Shown here: one piece after another, positions 39,301 through 52,390 of the stretch
Layout of the letters: each line of letters begins with the position of its first letter
How positions within the stretch are numbered: the first letter of the stretch is position 1
From: Chiloscyllium plagiosum
Taxonomy: Eukaryota
Reading direction: 5' to 3'
NCBI RefSeq assembly: GCF_004010195.1
Contig: NC_057719.1
Coordinates: 92,645,465 to 92,709,464 of the forward strand
Length of the DNA stretch: 64,000 nt
Position numbers and translations under genes: made by a program
The notes under the pieces: model-generated
Databases searched by the model: none
What the model saw: only the letters and a program-made list of their open reading frames with translations
Told to the model about the DNA's origin: nothing

Positions 39301-39959
39301 AATACCCCATTAATGACTATTCCATGTTTGGACTTTTTATAATTTCTAATTATAGATTATGCCACTTCTCTGGAAGATTTCGCTATTCTTATGTATTATT
39401 GCAGAGTTCAGAGCTCTAAATCCATCGCATGACCTCTGTACTCGGATTGAGTACCCAGGCTTTGTCTCTGTTATTGTGAACTGTTCACAAGGTCAAAAAA
39501 ATCTGTTGTTCTGAGTTTCACTATCTAGTGTCTAAAACCACAAGACTCAAAATGTAAAGCCAACAAGGAATCATATAATGCTCAACCCACATAAGGCTCA
39601 ATATTCACGAAAATCTGTTGTCTAACACCAAGATGGACCGAGCAAAAGAGGATTCCCTCTTGTTTTGAAATCATTTGTCAGTATCCTTTAAATGCTAACA
39701 GGTTAGAACGCCCAGTCTTTAGTTCATTGAAGAAAATGGCAGATGAGTCAGCAGTTGTTCTTGACCGAGAAAGAAGAAAACACTAGCTGCAGCACATTGG
39801 CAATGTTGAATACTGCATGACAGGAAAGAGTGATCACACTACAGATGGCACAGTGGAGAATTATCAGTTTGTTATCAGCAGTGGAGATTTTTAACAATTC
39901 GTACAGCTAGGATAGGTGTTATCCTATCCCATTACACTTTACCAAGCTTGTACAGATGC

Positions 39960-40380
39960 AAACGCATACTGCCTCACGTGCAGTCATACTCATACACACA
40001 CACACACAACATATATGGAGTGAATTTGTAGTTGCAGAATTATATTTGCACATACATTCTATTTTGCTCAAAAATGCAGAACATGCATGCAGTCAACGCA
40101 GGAAGTCAATACATGCAATATTTTGTAAATTCCACTTTGGAAATAGAACCAGTCTGATTCAAGATTAGGGTACAGACAGACTCTGACCTCATACTTTTAA
40201 TACATTGTCTGAGCTGAGATGTCACCTTTTGTTTTAATAACAAACCTTAAGCTATCTCGACAAGGTGACTTAAAAGTAGTTCGGGAATTTACATATTAAT
40301 TCCAGAAACTTGCAATCCATTCCAAAAGATGAATACCTTAAGAATTTAGGTTTATTCAATATATCATTGTATCACTGTAA
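39960..40380 (+). mobile_element. Probable Penelope-family non-coding 3' segment with (CA)n
   Basis: Resembles, from recall, a common shark repeat (CTGAGCTGAGATGTCACC...GAATTTACATATTAAT); not verifiable inside this window. Confidence 0.4.
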
Positions 40381-41478
40381 GTGGGCTGTCTATGTTGATG
40401 ATGGAATGGATCCTAGAATGAATAATTGATGTTAAGATAATTATTAATTGCATATTAGAGTTTCCATTCGTTATAGTTTTTAATTGAGTATGAAGATTCT
40501 GGTGAAGGTACAAAGTGTGTGAAGCCTTGCATGTTTGTGGTGATGAACAAAAACCTGCAATCAACAATCGTTAATTTAGAAACATCAGCAGCAGTTCATG
40601 TGAAGAAGAGAACGGAGTCAAATCAGTGAGAGTTCGAGACTGAGAACAGAAAGGTGTCTCTGCAGGTTTAAAGCAACAACCTTTCAGGCCAATATTCTTT
40701 CAGGCCATTTTTCTGTCTACATCTTGTGGTTTTATAATGTCTCTCAATGCAAAGTAATGCTTTACTGAGACAAGATTTATACTATGGTTAAAGTAAGTCA
40801 GATATAAAACAGCTTTAGCCATTATTCAGAAGTTTTCAAGATAGAAGTTGCAATAATCAGAGACACACTGTGATCGCAAGATGACAATCCAACAGCAACT
40901 GCAGCATTAGCAAGATATAATCTCATTTAAAGTCTGTTACCAAGATGCAATATTCATATGAGTGAGATTCTTCAATGCCACAAAAGAGATTCATTTCATG
41001 TTAATAAAGGTTTGGTTTGATAATGCTTCCAGAAAACCATCGTCAACCATCCAATGGAACTACCTTTGCACCTTTGCCTAACATGATATCACAGCAAGGT
41101 CAATGCCACAGTAGAACTTAATTTACCTTACTGTATACTGATTTTTAACATGAGAAACTGCACAATTAAAATGATCAGATCTTAGCTGTTACAGGGAGAC
41201 AACATAATATTGAAGGGAAAGGAAATTCCCTTTTGGGATGAGAAAATTAGTCTGAAAAGAGAAATAATGATATTTAATTCAGCTGTTAGTGGTTTAACAT
41301 TGGTTATGTGGACAATTAATGCATTAAGATTGAAAACTTGCATTGTCAAAGAGAACAATTTGTATTATTTAACTGGATGACATTTCACCGATGAGTGGGA
41401 GCGGAAACACAAAGACGCATTACCGGTAAATTGACCTAAGTGATGACTAGCAGCTGCTAACTCACCACAATACTGTGC

Positions 41479-41548
41479 CCGGAACCAGGACAGCTACAAA
41501 AACTGGATAGTAGATGGCAAACACCAGACCTGCTGTAATTGTATGCAG
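41479..41548 (-). pseudogene. Orphan first exon of a paralogous GPR139-like receptor
   Basis: Reads LHTITAGLVFAIYYPVFVAVLVP+G over 70 nt, the same length as exon 1 at 52340-52271; ATG is CTG and the GT donor is GC; no exon 2 found downstream in the window. Confidence 0.85.
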
Positions 41549-41613
41549 TTATGTCAGAAACTCTGAACACATTTGCAATTTAGATAAACGAATCTAGTAA
41601 GCAACTAGCTGGA

Positions 41614-41634
41614 CTTCAGGGACATAATTAATTG
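41614..41634 (-). promoter_or_regulatory. EBF/O-E-like plus homeodomain motif pair upstream of the orphan exon
   Basis: Plus strand TTCAGGGACATAATTAATT, in the same position and spacing as 52411-52430. Confidence 0.4.
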
Positions 41635-43038
41635 GTTTGATAGAATTAATTATTTAAAGGCATTATATTATGCAAATTAGTGCAGTTGGTGTCCGGATTT
41701 GTTCAATGAAATACAGAGAAATTACAGAATTATCTTCTTTATATTTGTTGATTTTCAGCAGAAGCTGACTTGCACACAGAGGTATTCACAACTGCCCGCC
41801 ACGAGAAATGCCAAGCGAACGCTGGCAGATTTTCACTTTGAAACATTGTTGAGCCATTGTAATAAGTAAATCAGTTGAAACCTTTCTCCAAACTTCACTC
41901 ATATTTTATAGGTGCTTGAAGAATTTATGTGCATATTGTTTGTCGTCATGTGAAGTGCAGTTACTTTCACTGCATAGAGGCAGACGTCTTCAGTTATTTT
42001 CAGTTTGGTATTGCCTGGATAACCTCTTATGATAGCAGTAGTATCAAGGATACGAATCCCCTAATATCATCAAAAACTGGTATCCACTTCAAAATCAATT
42101 TGATATATTTCTACTTTTAACTTCTGGTTTTTACTTAATGCCAGACAAGCCAAAGTTAATTGTCTAATGCAAGATGTTTAACACTGTAATGTGAGCACTG
42201 GCTCATAAGTACGTGTGTTCAAAAAGTCGTCGCTGGCGTTTTGGAGTAATTATCTTTTCAGACACGCTAACAAATTAATTTATTTCAACAAGTGACATTA
42301 AAAATTAAATGCAGTGAAGTGTTTATTGTCAATTTAGTGCATAGCTCACTTTGCATCATGGCAGTATCTTACTTTAGCTGCGATTCCGTGTCCTAAATTA
42401 CTTCAATACATTATCTTTTAGGCTTCCTCAATATTGATATGTGTTGCAATGATGAGATCGTGACGATACTTGCATGTAACATTAAGATTGTGTCTGCACA
42501 GGAATACAGTGCCCAGTGTTCTGAACAGTGAATCTTTAGAAGGATGGAGAAAAATTGAAATGAAAATGACGCAATAAAACATTAGATTAACTAAGAGAAA
42601 TGTTATGGATCATCAATTTGGTTAGTTGTGGTTCAGAGAAGATTGAATTAATACAATTCAAAATCGTGAGGTGTTGGAACAAAATGTATGAGTGAGACAT
42701 GGTTTTCATTTGTAGCAGGTTCAGAAACTCGTCTGCACCGAGGAAATGTTTTTGACAAAATGGCTACCATTGGTATTAAGGAAAAATAATAGCATCGTAC
42801 ATCACGATATGTGGAACTGGGGTTATTACGTTTCAGTGGCAGACTCATGAAGTCCTCATGAGTCTATCCGACTACATTCTTTCCCAAAATATATAATGAG
42901 AATTGTCTACTCCTGTTGTACCCTAATTGGTGTTTCCGTATATGAAGTTGACATGTGAATCCGATACTTCACACAGAACCGATGCAAACGACGGCTTCTT
43001 GTTTCGCCTGTCACAACATTGGTCTTTTACAATGTTAT

Positions 43039-45430
43039 TGTGAACTTGAGTTATTTTTCAGAGAAGCGGTAATTGGCCATGTTTGAATGGTTTGTTTGGG
43101 CCCTTTTCTGTTTACCCCGAACAGATGATGCCCACCACCAAAGGCTTTCATTGTCTTTAAAAAACAACCAGTATAATCAAAAGGAAGGGGACAGTTAGCT
43201 GTAGAGCTAGCCTTCATTTAGATTAAAGATAAGTCAGCAGCAGTGTGTGTGAAGAAACGGTGCCAGAGCACATCCTGGTACTCTCCCGCGTTCTGCCCTT
43301 CTGACTTTGTAAGCTGGAAGCTTTTTTGTGTCATTTTTACTATGTGTGGGAAGGGCTTTGTTTATTGGGATTGTTGCAAGAATTTTGGAACAGCATCATT
43401 AAGTCGGGATAGCCTGTCAGATTCAGATAAGATAAGTTAATCGGGTATTCTATTTTTGGCTCTGTGTGTTTCATTCTGTAACTCTGTCAATAAATTCTGT
43501 TTGTTTAAAAACCGGTAGTCTGACCAGTTAAGTCACTCTGGGAATGGAGTGGTACGTTTTAGTGTCTTTTATTTCGGATGCTGATTTGGTTGGATAAACA
43601 TAGCTTGAGAGAGTGATGGCTGTATCCATGTCGAAGAGTTTTCTGGAGCTGGAAGAAGTGACTTCGGGGATTGTCCAAAAGCTAGGTAAGGCCAATCTGC
43701 GGGAATGAGTAGACAAGCTGGAGTTGAAGCGACCATGAGAAAAATGTGAGATAATTACAGCAGTTAGCTCAGCATTTAAATGTGCTTGACATATCAGCAC
43801 ATCTGTAGAGATGGCAAGATTCAATTGCAAATGAAGCAGCTTGAGGTAGAGGCGAGAGATAAGGAAAGAACAGCAGAAATGAAACAGTTTGAGTTACAAT
43901 TAAAAGCAGAAGAGAAAGGAAAAGAACAAAGGGCTTTAGCAGAAGAGAAAGAAAGAGAGGGAGATGGTGATCTTCAGAAAATTATACTTTGAAGGGAAAG
44001 TCAACTTAAAAGAATTGAGATGAAAGATGAATATAAGAATAGTGAGGAGGAGAGTGGGGATGAGAAAGCCCCTGGAAGTCAAAAGCCTGATGAGAAACTG
44101 TTTAAGTATGTTCAAGCATTGCCAAAATTTGATGAGGAGAGTGTGGATGCCTTTTTCATCTCATTTGGAAAAGTGGCTAATCAATTGCAGTAGCTAGTGA
44201 CAATGTGAGTTTTGTTAATCCAACCAAAACTTGTAGGTAGAGCTAGTGAGGTATTCGTATCACCGTTTGGCGGGGTGGGGTGGTATTTGGGGTGTATGAG
44301 GAGGTGAAAAAAGCTATCTTAAGTGCATATGAGCTTGGACCAAAAGCCTATAGACAACGTTTCAGGAATCTAAGGAGGGACTCTGGTCAAACCTATATTG
44401 AGTCTGAAAAGATCAAACAAAGTAATTTTGAGAACTGGATAAGAACATTAAAAATAGGCAAACGTACGTCGCTCTTAGAGAGACAATTATTTTGGAGGGG
44501 TTCAGAAATTCACTGCTTGAAGTAATGCGAACCCATGTGGAAGAACAGAGAGTTAAAACAGCAAAGTTAGCAACTGAAATGGCTGGTTATTATGGGCTTG
44601 TCCTTAAAACACGGTTTGGTCGCCAGAATCAATTTTAATCCATGAGCGATAGAAACTGGGGAAAAGAGAAATCCTCACTTGAAAAGGGAAAGTTAGAGCT
44701 CGGTGAAGATCATAAAGATAACTTACCACAGGGTAGAAAGGAAACCCTTGAAGGGGCCAAAGATGTTTTATAAAATTCTGGTGTTTTCAATGCGATAAAG
44801 TGGGCCACATGAAATCGCAGTTTTGGTGAGCTAGGAAAAGCACTGGAAAGCCGAATGTAGGAAAACAGGATAAGCCTGGGAATCTTGTTAGAATGATAAC
44901 TGATATAGCTTTCGAAATTCCACTGTGCACTCTGAGTGTACAAGCTTATCGGAATTTTGTTAAGGAGGAAGTGCCAGATCTGCTTAGAAAACGTACTTGC
45001 AAAGGTAAAGTTTATTCACATAGGCCAGAAGTAGCAGGTATAAAGTTTACAGTATTAATGGACACAGGGTCCTCTCAGTCTGCCGTGTTAAAGGATGAAG
45101 ATTTATGTACTCCTGAATGACGATTGCCAGAAAAGGTACTGGTAACGGGAATTAATGGTAAGACAAAAAGTGCTCAATTATGTACAGTGAGGTTAGAGTG
45201 CCCAGAAAAGAATGGAGAATTTCTGGTAGGAGTACTCTCAGCTCTTGGAATACAATTCGTCCTTGTGAATGATATAGCTGATACACTTGTAGAAGTGCTG
45301 CTATTGTGGTTGAAAAACCAGTGGAAGGTGGTAGGGGAACCTTTAAAAGCAAGGTTTAGTGGACCTTATCAAATCATAAGGTAATTGAGTGAGGTGAACT
45401 AATTGATAGGACTTCAGACAGGAAGAATCT
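43039..45430 (+). mobile_element. Gmr1-like Gypsy element, internally deleted (LTR, gag, protease, IN C-terminus)
   Basis: LTR-like segment with AATAAA; gag from 43616; SCAN-like YEEVKKAILSAYELGPKAYRQRFR; knuckle CFQCDKVGHMKSQF; protease MDTGSSQS; jumps to ARFSGPYQI. Confidence 0.87.
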
Positions 45431-45649
45431 GGATCTGCTGGTGCCGCAGGAGTTTGGATGGATGAGTGAATCACTTCACTCACAAGACAAGAGAATACTG
45501 TCACCCCAATGTAAACTCCGCATTGCAAAGCAATCGGTGACAGGACTGATCATATTTCCAACAATAAATAGATTAATATTAAATAATAACTCACAATTCA
45601 CAGAGCCCCGTTGTAATTACAGTATTTTGCCAAACTAATATCTGGAACG

Positions 45650-45860
45650 AAATCACACGAGTTAGCCACGGGCATAAAAGTTAAGGTGACCATATCCCAG
45701 AGAATAGCAACTGATGGTGATTTAATCTAATAGCCGCCACAGCTCTAGTGAGGGATGAGGTAGAAATTTAATGTCAATCTCAACTGGCATGGGAACTGTA
45801 CCTTTACTGTTTGCATGATTCGACACTAGAAATTAATCACGTAGACAACTGAGCTTACAG
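45650..45860 (-). mobile_element. Old tRNA-derived SINE of a second family
   Basis: Minus strand begins AGCTCAGTTG (A-box-like); degenerate body. Confidence 0.45.
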
Positions 45861-45870
45861 ATGAGCAAGG

Positions 45871-45967
45871 AAATGGATGATATAGTTTCTTCCAAATAAT
45901 TGCTGATGCTGACAATACGCCAAATGGATGATATCGTTTCTTTCAAATAATTCTGATGCGAACAATT
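45871..45967. repeat. Tandem duplication of about 51 bp
   Basis: AAATGGATGATAT(A/C)GTTTCTT(C/T)CAAATAATT...CTGATGC...ACAAT occurs twice. Confidence 0.85.
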
Positions 45968-46539
45968 GTGGATACCCCTCACAAGTAAAGTTCTAAATAG
46001 GTACATTCAAGTCATAACACAGGAGGCTTAATGTTTGTAATGTAAATCAGTATATACTTAAACTTAAAACTGATGGGACATATTTTTCCCTCAGCACACG
46101 AACCTCTCTTCAATGCCACAAACAAAAGAAGTATGATTCCAAGACGGGACAACATCTCATCGCCTCTGGCGAGGAGAAATAGATCTGTGATGATGCATTT
46201 TAAAAATTGTCTCACACTCTGACCAGGGCAAACACGAAATCTGGGATTGGTGACAAAGGAATCTAATAATGGCATAGTTGAAGGAAAACTCCATACTTGC
46301 AGCCAAGCATCTCACAGCAGCAAAGAAAATTGTACTAACTCGGTTTTGATAGATTGAGATTATTTAATGGTGCTCAAATTCGTTCTGCTGACATAGTCGT
46401 GCAATAATTACCGACGCTGTAGATGCTGATTTCACCATGGGACATCTGCAAGTATCTCACCCAACGATAACTGATAACTGATAACATGTATCACTGGCCA
46501 ATGATGGGCTCCAACCAGACAATGAGCACATCCAGGGAT

Positions 46540-47750
46540 CTTCTAATTACATTGAGGGCAATATGTTTGATGGATTCTACTTGGAATTCAGCAAGACTTC
46601 TGATATAATCCCACTGATGTTAAAAGTCAGACGCCATGGGCTCCAATAAATTTAGCAAATTGCATCAACAGTTACTGTTTGAGGTGTACTCTTTTGCTGA
46701 TGAGAGGTTTGCATCCATTGGAGTCCAATATGAGGCAGTGTTAGGTATCTTGCTGTTCTTGTTTATATCAATGAATTATGCTTGGATGTCTGCGGGTTGA
46801 CTAGTTAGTTCCCAGAGATATAAACATTGCGGTAAATAGTGCATGGCCGTGCATGTGGAAAATAGTGTCCTGGATAGTTTTTCAGTACAGAAGGCTATTA
46901 AAAGACTGATCAAATTGGCTGATCATTCGGAAATGGAGTTCAATCTCGACAAAATTTGAGGTAATGTACTTTTGCCGGACATAGTAAGGCAAGGGAATGC
47001 AGGATGAAAAGTAGGACCCTGGGAAGCACCGAAGATCAGAAGGATTGTGCTGTTCTTGAACACCGGTCTCTTACTGCATTAGGACAGGTGAATGAAGTGG
47101 TTCAGAAGACATATAGTTAATTTGTTTTTTATTAGCTGAAACATAGAGGTTAAGAGCAGGTGCTGACGCTGGAAATCTGCAAAAGTTTCGTTAGGATACA
47201 GCTGGAGTATTGTGCTCTATTCTGGCACAACATGAAAGGAGGATTGTAATTGCACCAGAAAATGTGCAGAAGAAAAATCAGGATACTCCCTGTGTTGTAA
47301 GGTTTTAGTGAGTATGGACAGATTGGGAATGCTTTCCTTTAAGTAGAAAGATTGAAACGGGACACGATTAAGATGCATTAAATGACGAGGGCTATAGGTA
47401 GAGTAGACAAGACGTAGAACTTCTTCATGACTGAAGGACAAATGAACTTGGTAAAACAATTTAAGATGAGAGATTGAAGGTTTCGAGGAAATGTGATGAA
47501 AGACATTTTCTTCCCCAGAGATGGACAGAAATCAGGAACGTATTGCCTGTATGTATACTAGACATTAAAATCCCCAGAATATTTAAGACATATTTAGGTG
47601 TGAATTTGCTATGCTAAGGCATACAAGACCGTGGGCTAAGTATTGGATTCCAAGGATTATAATATTTATGTGATTGTTTTTGACCAGTGAAAATGTTATG
47701 GACCAAATGATCTTTTCTCTGCAGAACTCCATGATTCTATGGCTCGATAA
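46540..47750 (+). mobile_element. Old CR1 LINE RT/3' region
   Basis: Degenerate YLEFSKT, EMEFNLDK and QLEYC motifs; ATGATTCT tail. Confidence 0.75.
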
Positions 47751-48151
47751 GAAGGGGACCAAAGAGAAGGTAATAAATGCTGACTTTTCCTGTAACAATC
47801 ACTTCCCATGAAATGATAATGATGTGAGTAAAATAAGAGAAAAATACAGAATAAATAAACAATCCTTTCGAGGTGTACCTCATATATCGTTGCAAACATA
47901 AACTATCCTCCAGCCTCGTGCATGGTGAGCGAAGGAGAAAAGACCATCAAAATAATGGGGGAAACAAACGTAGAGCAGCGTGGCAGCCTGCCATTTGAAG
48001 CCATGGATCATTCCGAATAAAAGTTGCTAAATTTATGTATTAAATAATGCCTCAATAGTGAGCATGTTTAAGAAAGAATCTCTCTGTGCCGTCAAGAGAA
48101 AAGAAAAAGGAAATGCCTTCTGACAAATTGCGATCGATTTGATTTGTCCTG

Positions 48152-49065
48152 TTACTGGAATTTTAAAAAATTAACTATTATGATGAGAGGATATTTCAAC
48201 CCATTCTTTAACTCATCTCTGATTTTGGTTTGCGTTACTGCATAAATAAATGGGTTAATGCATGAACTCAATAACTGAAGCATATATCCGCTCTGTTCAA
48301 TGAAAAATGTGGAATTCTTCAAATTGGATCCTGCAGAATAAGTAAGATTTGCACTTCGTACGTAAAGGATATTGACAAAAAATAACAAATACAAAACGAG
48401 GAAACTTCCTGAGATGGCGAACAGCAAAACAATCGATTTTCTTCGTTTTTCAACCTCTGGGTCACTTTGATTCTCTGCATTGCCTTGGTTTCGGAGTCTC
48501 CGGCGGGTTCTGTTAGCCACTAGAATGTGCCGGACTGTTAGGGCATTGAGCAGTAGAATCAGAATGAATGGAAGACAGGGTGTTAAAATCGATCGGATCC
48601 AGTCATATGCAGCCCATGCAGGCGAATTGTAATATATTGCTTTTATGACACAGAACCAAGGTATATTATTAATGATGTACCTATGTTCCAGTTGCAAATA
48701 TATAAAGATATTTTTCACACAGCTCAGTGAAGTCACGATTCCTATAACCCACGATGCCATCTTCTCAGTGCAATATTTTATTTTTATCTGCTGACAGGAA
48801 ATAGCAATAAAACGATCAAAGGTGAAAGCAACTGTTAACCAGGCAGAACAGTCAATAACTGTCATGTTTAAGGCAGCACGAAAACGGCACACTGGTGTTA
48901 TAGAGAGAAAACTGGATGGGAAATAAATACCAACAATCCGATTTAATATCACAGCTGTTACCATAACGAGGAGATCTGTCACCCCCATGGACACGAGGTA
49001 ATAAGTGATACATCCAGAGAGACCACATCTTCTTCGAGACAGGATCACAACAACTGCCAGGTTAG
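48152..49065 (-). CDS. GPR139/GPR142-like class A GPCR (probable G-protein coupled receptor 139-like), coding exon 2
   Basis: Acceptor CTCTTACACTTTCAG, then ANLAVVVILSR; hydrophobic TM segments with TDLL (TM2), AFTFDRFIAI (TM3), PCLPF (TM5), RRKS, SSCINPFIY (TM7); uninterrupted to TAA. Confidence 0.92.
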
Positions 49066-49959
49066 CTGAAAGTGTAAGAGAGACATTTCTTCTTGAATGG
49101 GAAACATATTGTACTTCATCCCAAATGAATCACCATTTGATAGGATTAAGTGCACAATTTCAAAATTTGAGAAGCTTTTGATCAGTATATCTTATGTGCA
49201 GCAGAATTAATTTTTGAATTTATAATTATCCTCTAATTTCAATTCAACCAAGTTGTGTGGTAATAATGAAAAAAAAAATGGATAAGCGAAAAACAGGAAG
49301 GAATTGAAAACTTATTGTGCCTCCAATGACTTCACACAAATAAATATCACACAAGCTCGGCTCGATGGAAAATATTCAAGAAAATAAGTATCACAGCAAC
49401 AGACAATAAATCTGGAAACTAACTAGGAAATGAGTTCAAACTCATTATCAGGCAAAGTAGTTTAGTTCAATGATTCGTTGTTAAATCTTCCACTGCTGGA
49501 AAAATATCTTTTAACTGTCAATAAAAAAGGATCTCTGAGAAGATAATGGACTCACTAACTTCAAAGAGTTCATCTTGGGAAAGATGCAATGGTAGATCCG
49601 AGGAACTCTACTGAATAGTCATATGACTTCAGGTGCATTGATCTGAACAATCGGAACTGACAGCTAATAATATCTTGTTGAGAGAAAGAGACTCATAGCA
49701 CACGACTTCATTCATGCTTCACTGCACTTTCAAGAGAAATTGTCAACGTTATCAGATTGGACTTGTGAAATAAAACCTTGCAAATTCGATGTAAATTGTC
49801 AGCGGATTTGCAAATTAACTCAACACAGATAAAATAGTGACTGTATAACTGTCTGAAATATTCCCTGGTACCGAGAATAACTGTCAACTTAGATCTTGTA
49901 GCAGCAAATGTAGCAGAGGTAAGTGGTACTAAATTAATGAATGTTAGTGGCTGAGAACA

Positions 49960-50572
49960 TACACACTGGAGTTGAGTTCCTCGTGCCAAGCTCGTCTGTT
50001 CCGATCACTTTTTTTTCTCTACTCAATTCTTTCCTTTTTTTTGTTTTCATTTTGAGTTATTTTGTATCTCTACATACCTGCAGGAGGGAGCTCGATTGTG
50101 GAAACAGCGGCTGTGATGGCAGCGGCTGGAGGCCGAGAGCAGCGAAATGTTGGTCAGATATGAGGCAATTGGTGTGCTCGGCCTGAAGTCTGGCAGTCAA
50201 TGGAATTGTGAAAGCGGCTGGGTCGTAGTCGGCAGCGACATGGCAGTGTGGAGGTAGGGGGACTGAGAGAATGAGTCCTCCTGAGGAAAGCCCAGTGTGG
50301 AGCAACTGCAACTCTATGCCTAAAGAATCTCTGTAATTTGGAACCTTACATTTCCTTGCTTAACCACCTCTTTATGCTAACAAGGATTATTGTTGAACTT
50401 GTAACTTATTTCTTTGCTTAACTTTTCTATTCTTTACCTAAGGTTTTTTTTTTGCCTGGCTACAGTGTATCTAAGATGGCACCGTGAATGGCAACATTGC
50501 AAAATTTACACTGTATTCCTGCGTCCCTGTACTTGAGTCTACGTGACAATAAAACCTGATTCTAATTCTAAT
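49960..50572 (+). mobile_element. Intronic non-LTR repeat with GTGACAATAAA-(ATTCTA)n tail
   Basis: GC-richer body ending in AATAAA and a short tandem tail; family not identified. Confidence 0.5.
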
Positions 50573-51157
50573 TCGAACGCTGCTCTATGAGTCTGAGAAA
50601 GCTAAGTATTTGTATATTAAAGGCATTGGCATTGACAGTCCATCTCAAAACATCTTAATTAATAATGTGCCTTCAATAAATGCAATCAGTAATTGCAGAT
50701 GTGAACTATTCAGTACTGCAAAACAACACGAACAATAACTCAGTTGTAGTAATTATACTCTCGATGACAAAGTCATTTGCAGAACAAAATTGCATTACAA
50801 TGATAGTATAACTCTGTGAGAAAACAAAGGCAATAATGTAAGAGAACTTCTTTTCAGATGGCAAACAGACAATATCCGAAGGATTAGTGTCATTGCTAAA
50901 TATAACTGCATCTACGACATTATCACTAGTAGGCAATTTACATATTGGCAATAACAGAATTAAAATGAACTTGCAACAAAGAAAGTATTGACGCAACAGA
51001 ATGGTATTTGCCATTTATGCTCAGAGTTAAATGAGAAAGTAGTGCAATTGAATTCATTAAATAGATATGATGATAGAAAAAACAGTCGAAGATTAAAGGG
51101 TATAAATCAAACATGTAATGTGTCTGGTATGTCTCAGTAAAAGGATGACATATCAAT

Positions 51158-52038
51158 TGTTATGACAAGGAGATCGAACCCATCACTAATAAAAACTAAA
51201 ACACCCAGAAAATCTTGACTCACCTTGCGATATGTTAAAATTGTGAGTGAAAGAAAATCCTTGATTTCCACTTTTAAAAAAAAGTATTTTCCTGACTCGA
51301 ACAGTGAACACTAAACAAATCTTCTCCAAGACTCAGACAAAAACTGTTAACAAACCTGAGAACCCCTTTTTCTTCATAAGTAATGACTATCTAACCCCTA
51401 ATCCATGAAAAGACTTCTCCAATAGCACACTTATTAAATATTAAATTAACGTAATCTTTCAAAGTCCATATAATGTTTTATGCTGTCTTCTTTTCGGTCC
51501 TCTGAATCTGTTGTTTCCTTCCATTTATCCGATTCTGCTGTTTCTTTTCATCTTTCAGATCCTGCTGTCTTTCCCTGGGCTGTCTTCGCTGATTGTCTTT
51601 TTTTTTTGCTGTGCGTACCTTTGTATTAAATTAATTTTATAAACCTTTGTATAAACCTTTAATAGATGGTTCCTTCTGAAAGTTTTAAGAGCCACTTCTG
51701 ATGACGTGTGATGGATGGACAGTTAGCTTAGACGAATATTCAAAATGCACTTTCTTTTACTGGAGACTCACACCCTCTCATTGGTACGATGTCAGCAATA
51801 CAATCAAGTTTAAATTCAATTGTTTTTTGGTGTCCTCAGCAAAATTTAAATTAACTGGTGAAATTCAAATCCGTTTTCCTGAACATGAAAACACAACTCC
51901 AACAGATTGCTACCTGCTATAAATTCTCAGCACTCTCTCCCCTTGTTGGTTCGTCACAGACACGTGTTGTCACAATCTCTCAGCTCAGAAACAAAAACCC
52001 TCTCCTAAAATGAACATACACTTTTGCGACTTCGTACC
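51158..52038 (-). mobile_element. Probable solo Gypsy LTR in the GPCR intron
   Basis: Minus-strand end ...CTTGTCATAACA resembles the LTR end CTGTCATAAAA at 60679-60689; the other boundary is uncertain. Confidence 0.5.
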
Positions 52039-52270
52039 GCCACGATGAAAATCGAGAAGTAACGCATGAATATCATAAAACTATGTGTGTAAATGAAAGA
52101 TAACATGATAATGAAATGGTGAATTTTCTGGAAGCTGCAAGAATGAACAAGTAGATCCGTTGAAGGATGCACATCACACTAATTACGTGGGGCTATATTT
52201 CCATTAATGGTAGGTCAGGTATCATGCGTTGAACCAATGAGTTACATATTCTATAATTACCCTAATTTAC

Positions 52271-52340
52271 CTGGAACTCCGATTGTAGCAAGTACAGGAT
52301 AGTAAATGGCAAACACCAGACCTTTTGGTAGTTCGTGCAT
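52271..52340 (-). CDS. GPR139/GPR142-like class A GPCR, coding exon 1
   Basis: MHELPKGLVFAIYYPVLATIGVP+G, donor CAG|GTAAAT, phase 1; joins exon 2 in frame (G+CT=Ala, giving GVPAN); 70+914=984 nt, 327 aa. Confidence 0.9.
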
Positions 52341-52390
52341 TTCGATCTGATACTCTGAACGCGGTCTCTGATTCAGTGCAGAGTGGTTGC

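Noticed and set aside
48152..49048. Single-exon GPCR starting at the ORF-track start
   Set aside because: That start is GTG within TM1; a canonical acceptor and an in-frame upstream exon complete the protein.
50700..51100. Viral or env-like coding remnant in the intron
   Set aside because: Short open stretches without any recognisable motif.
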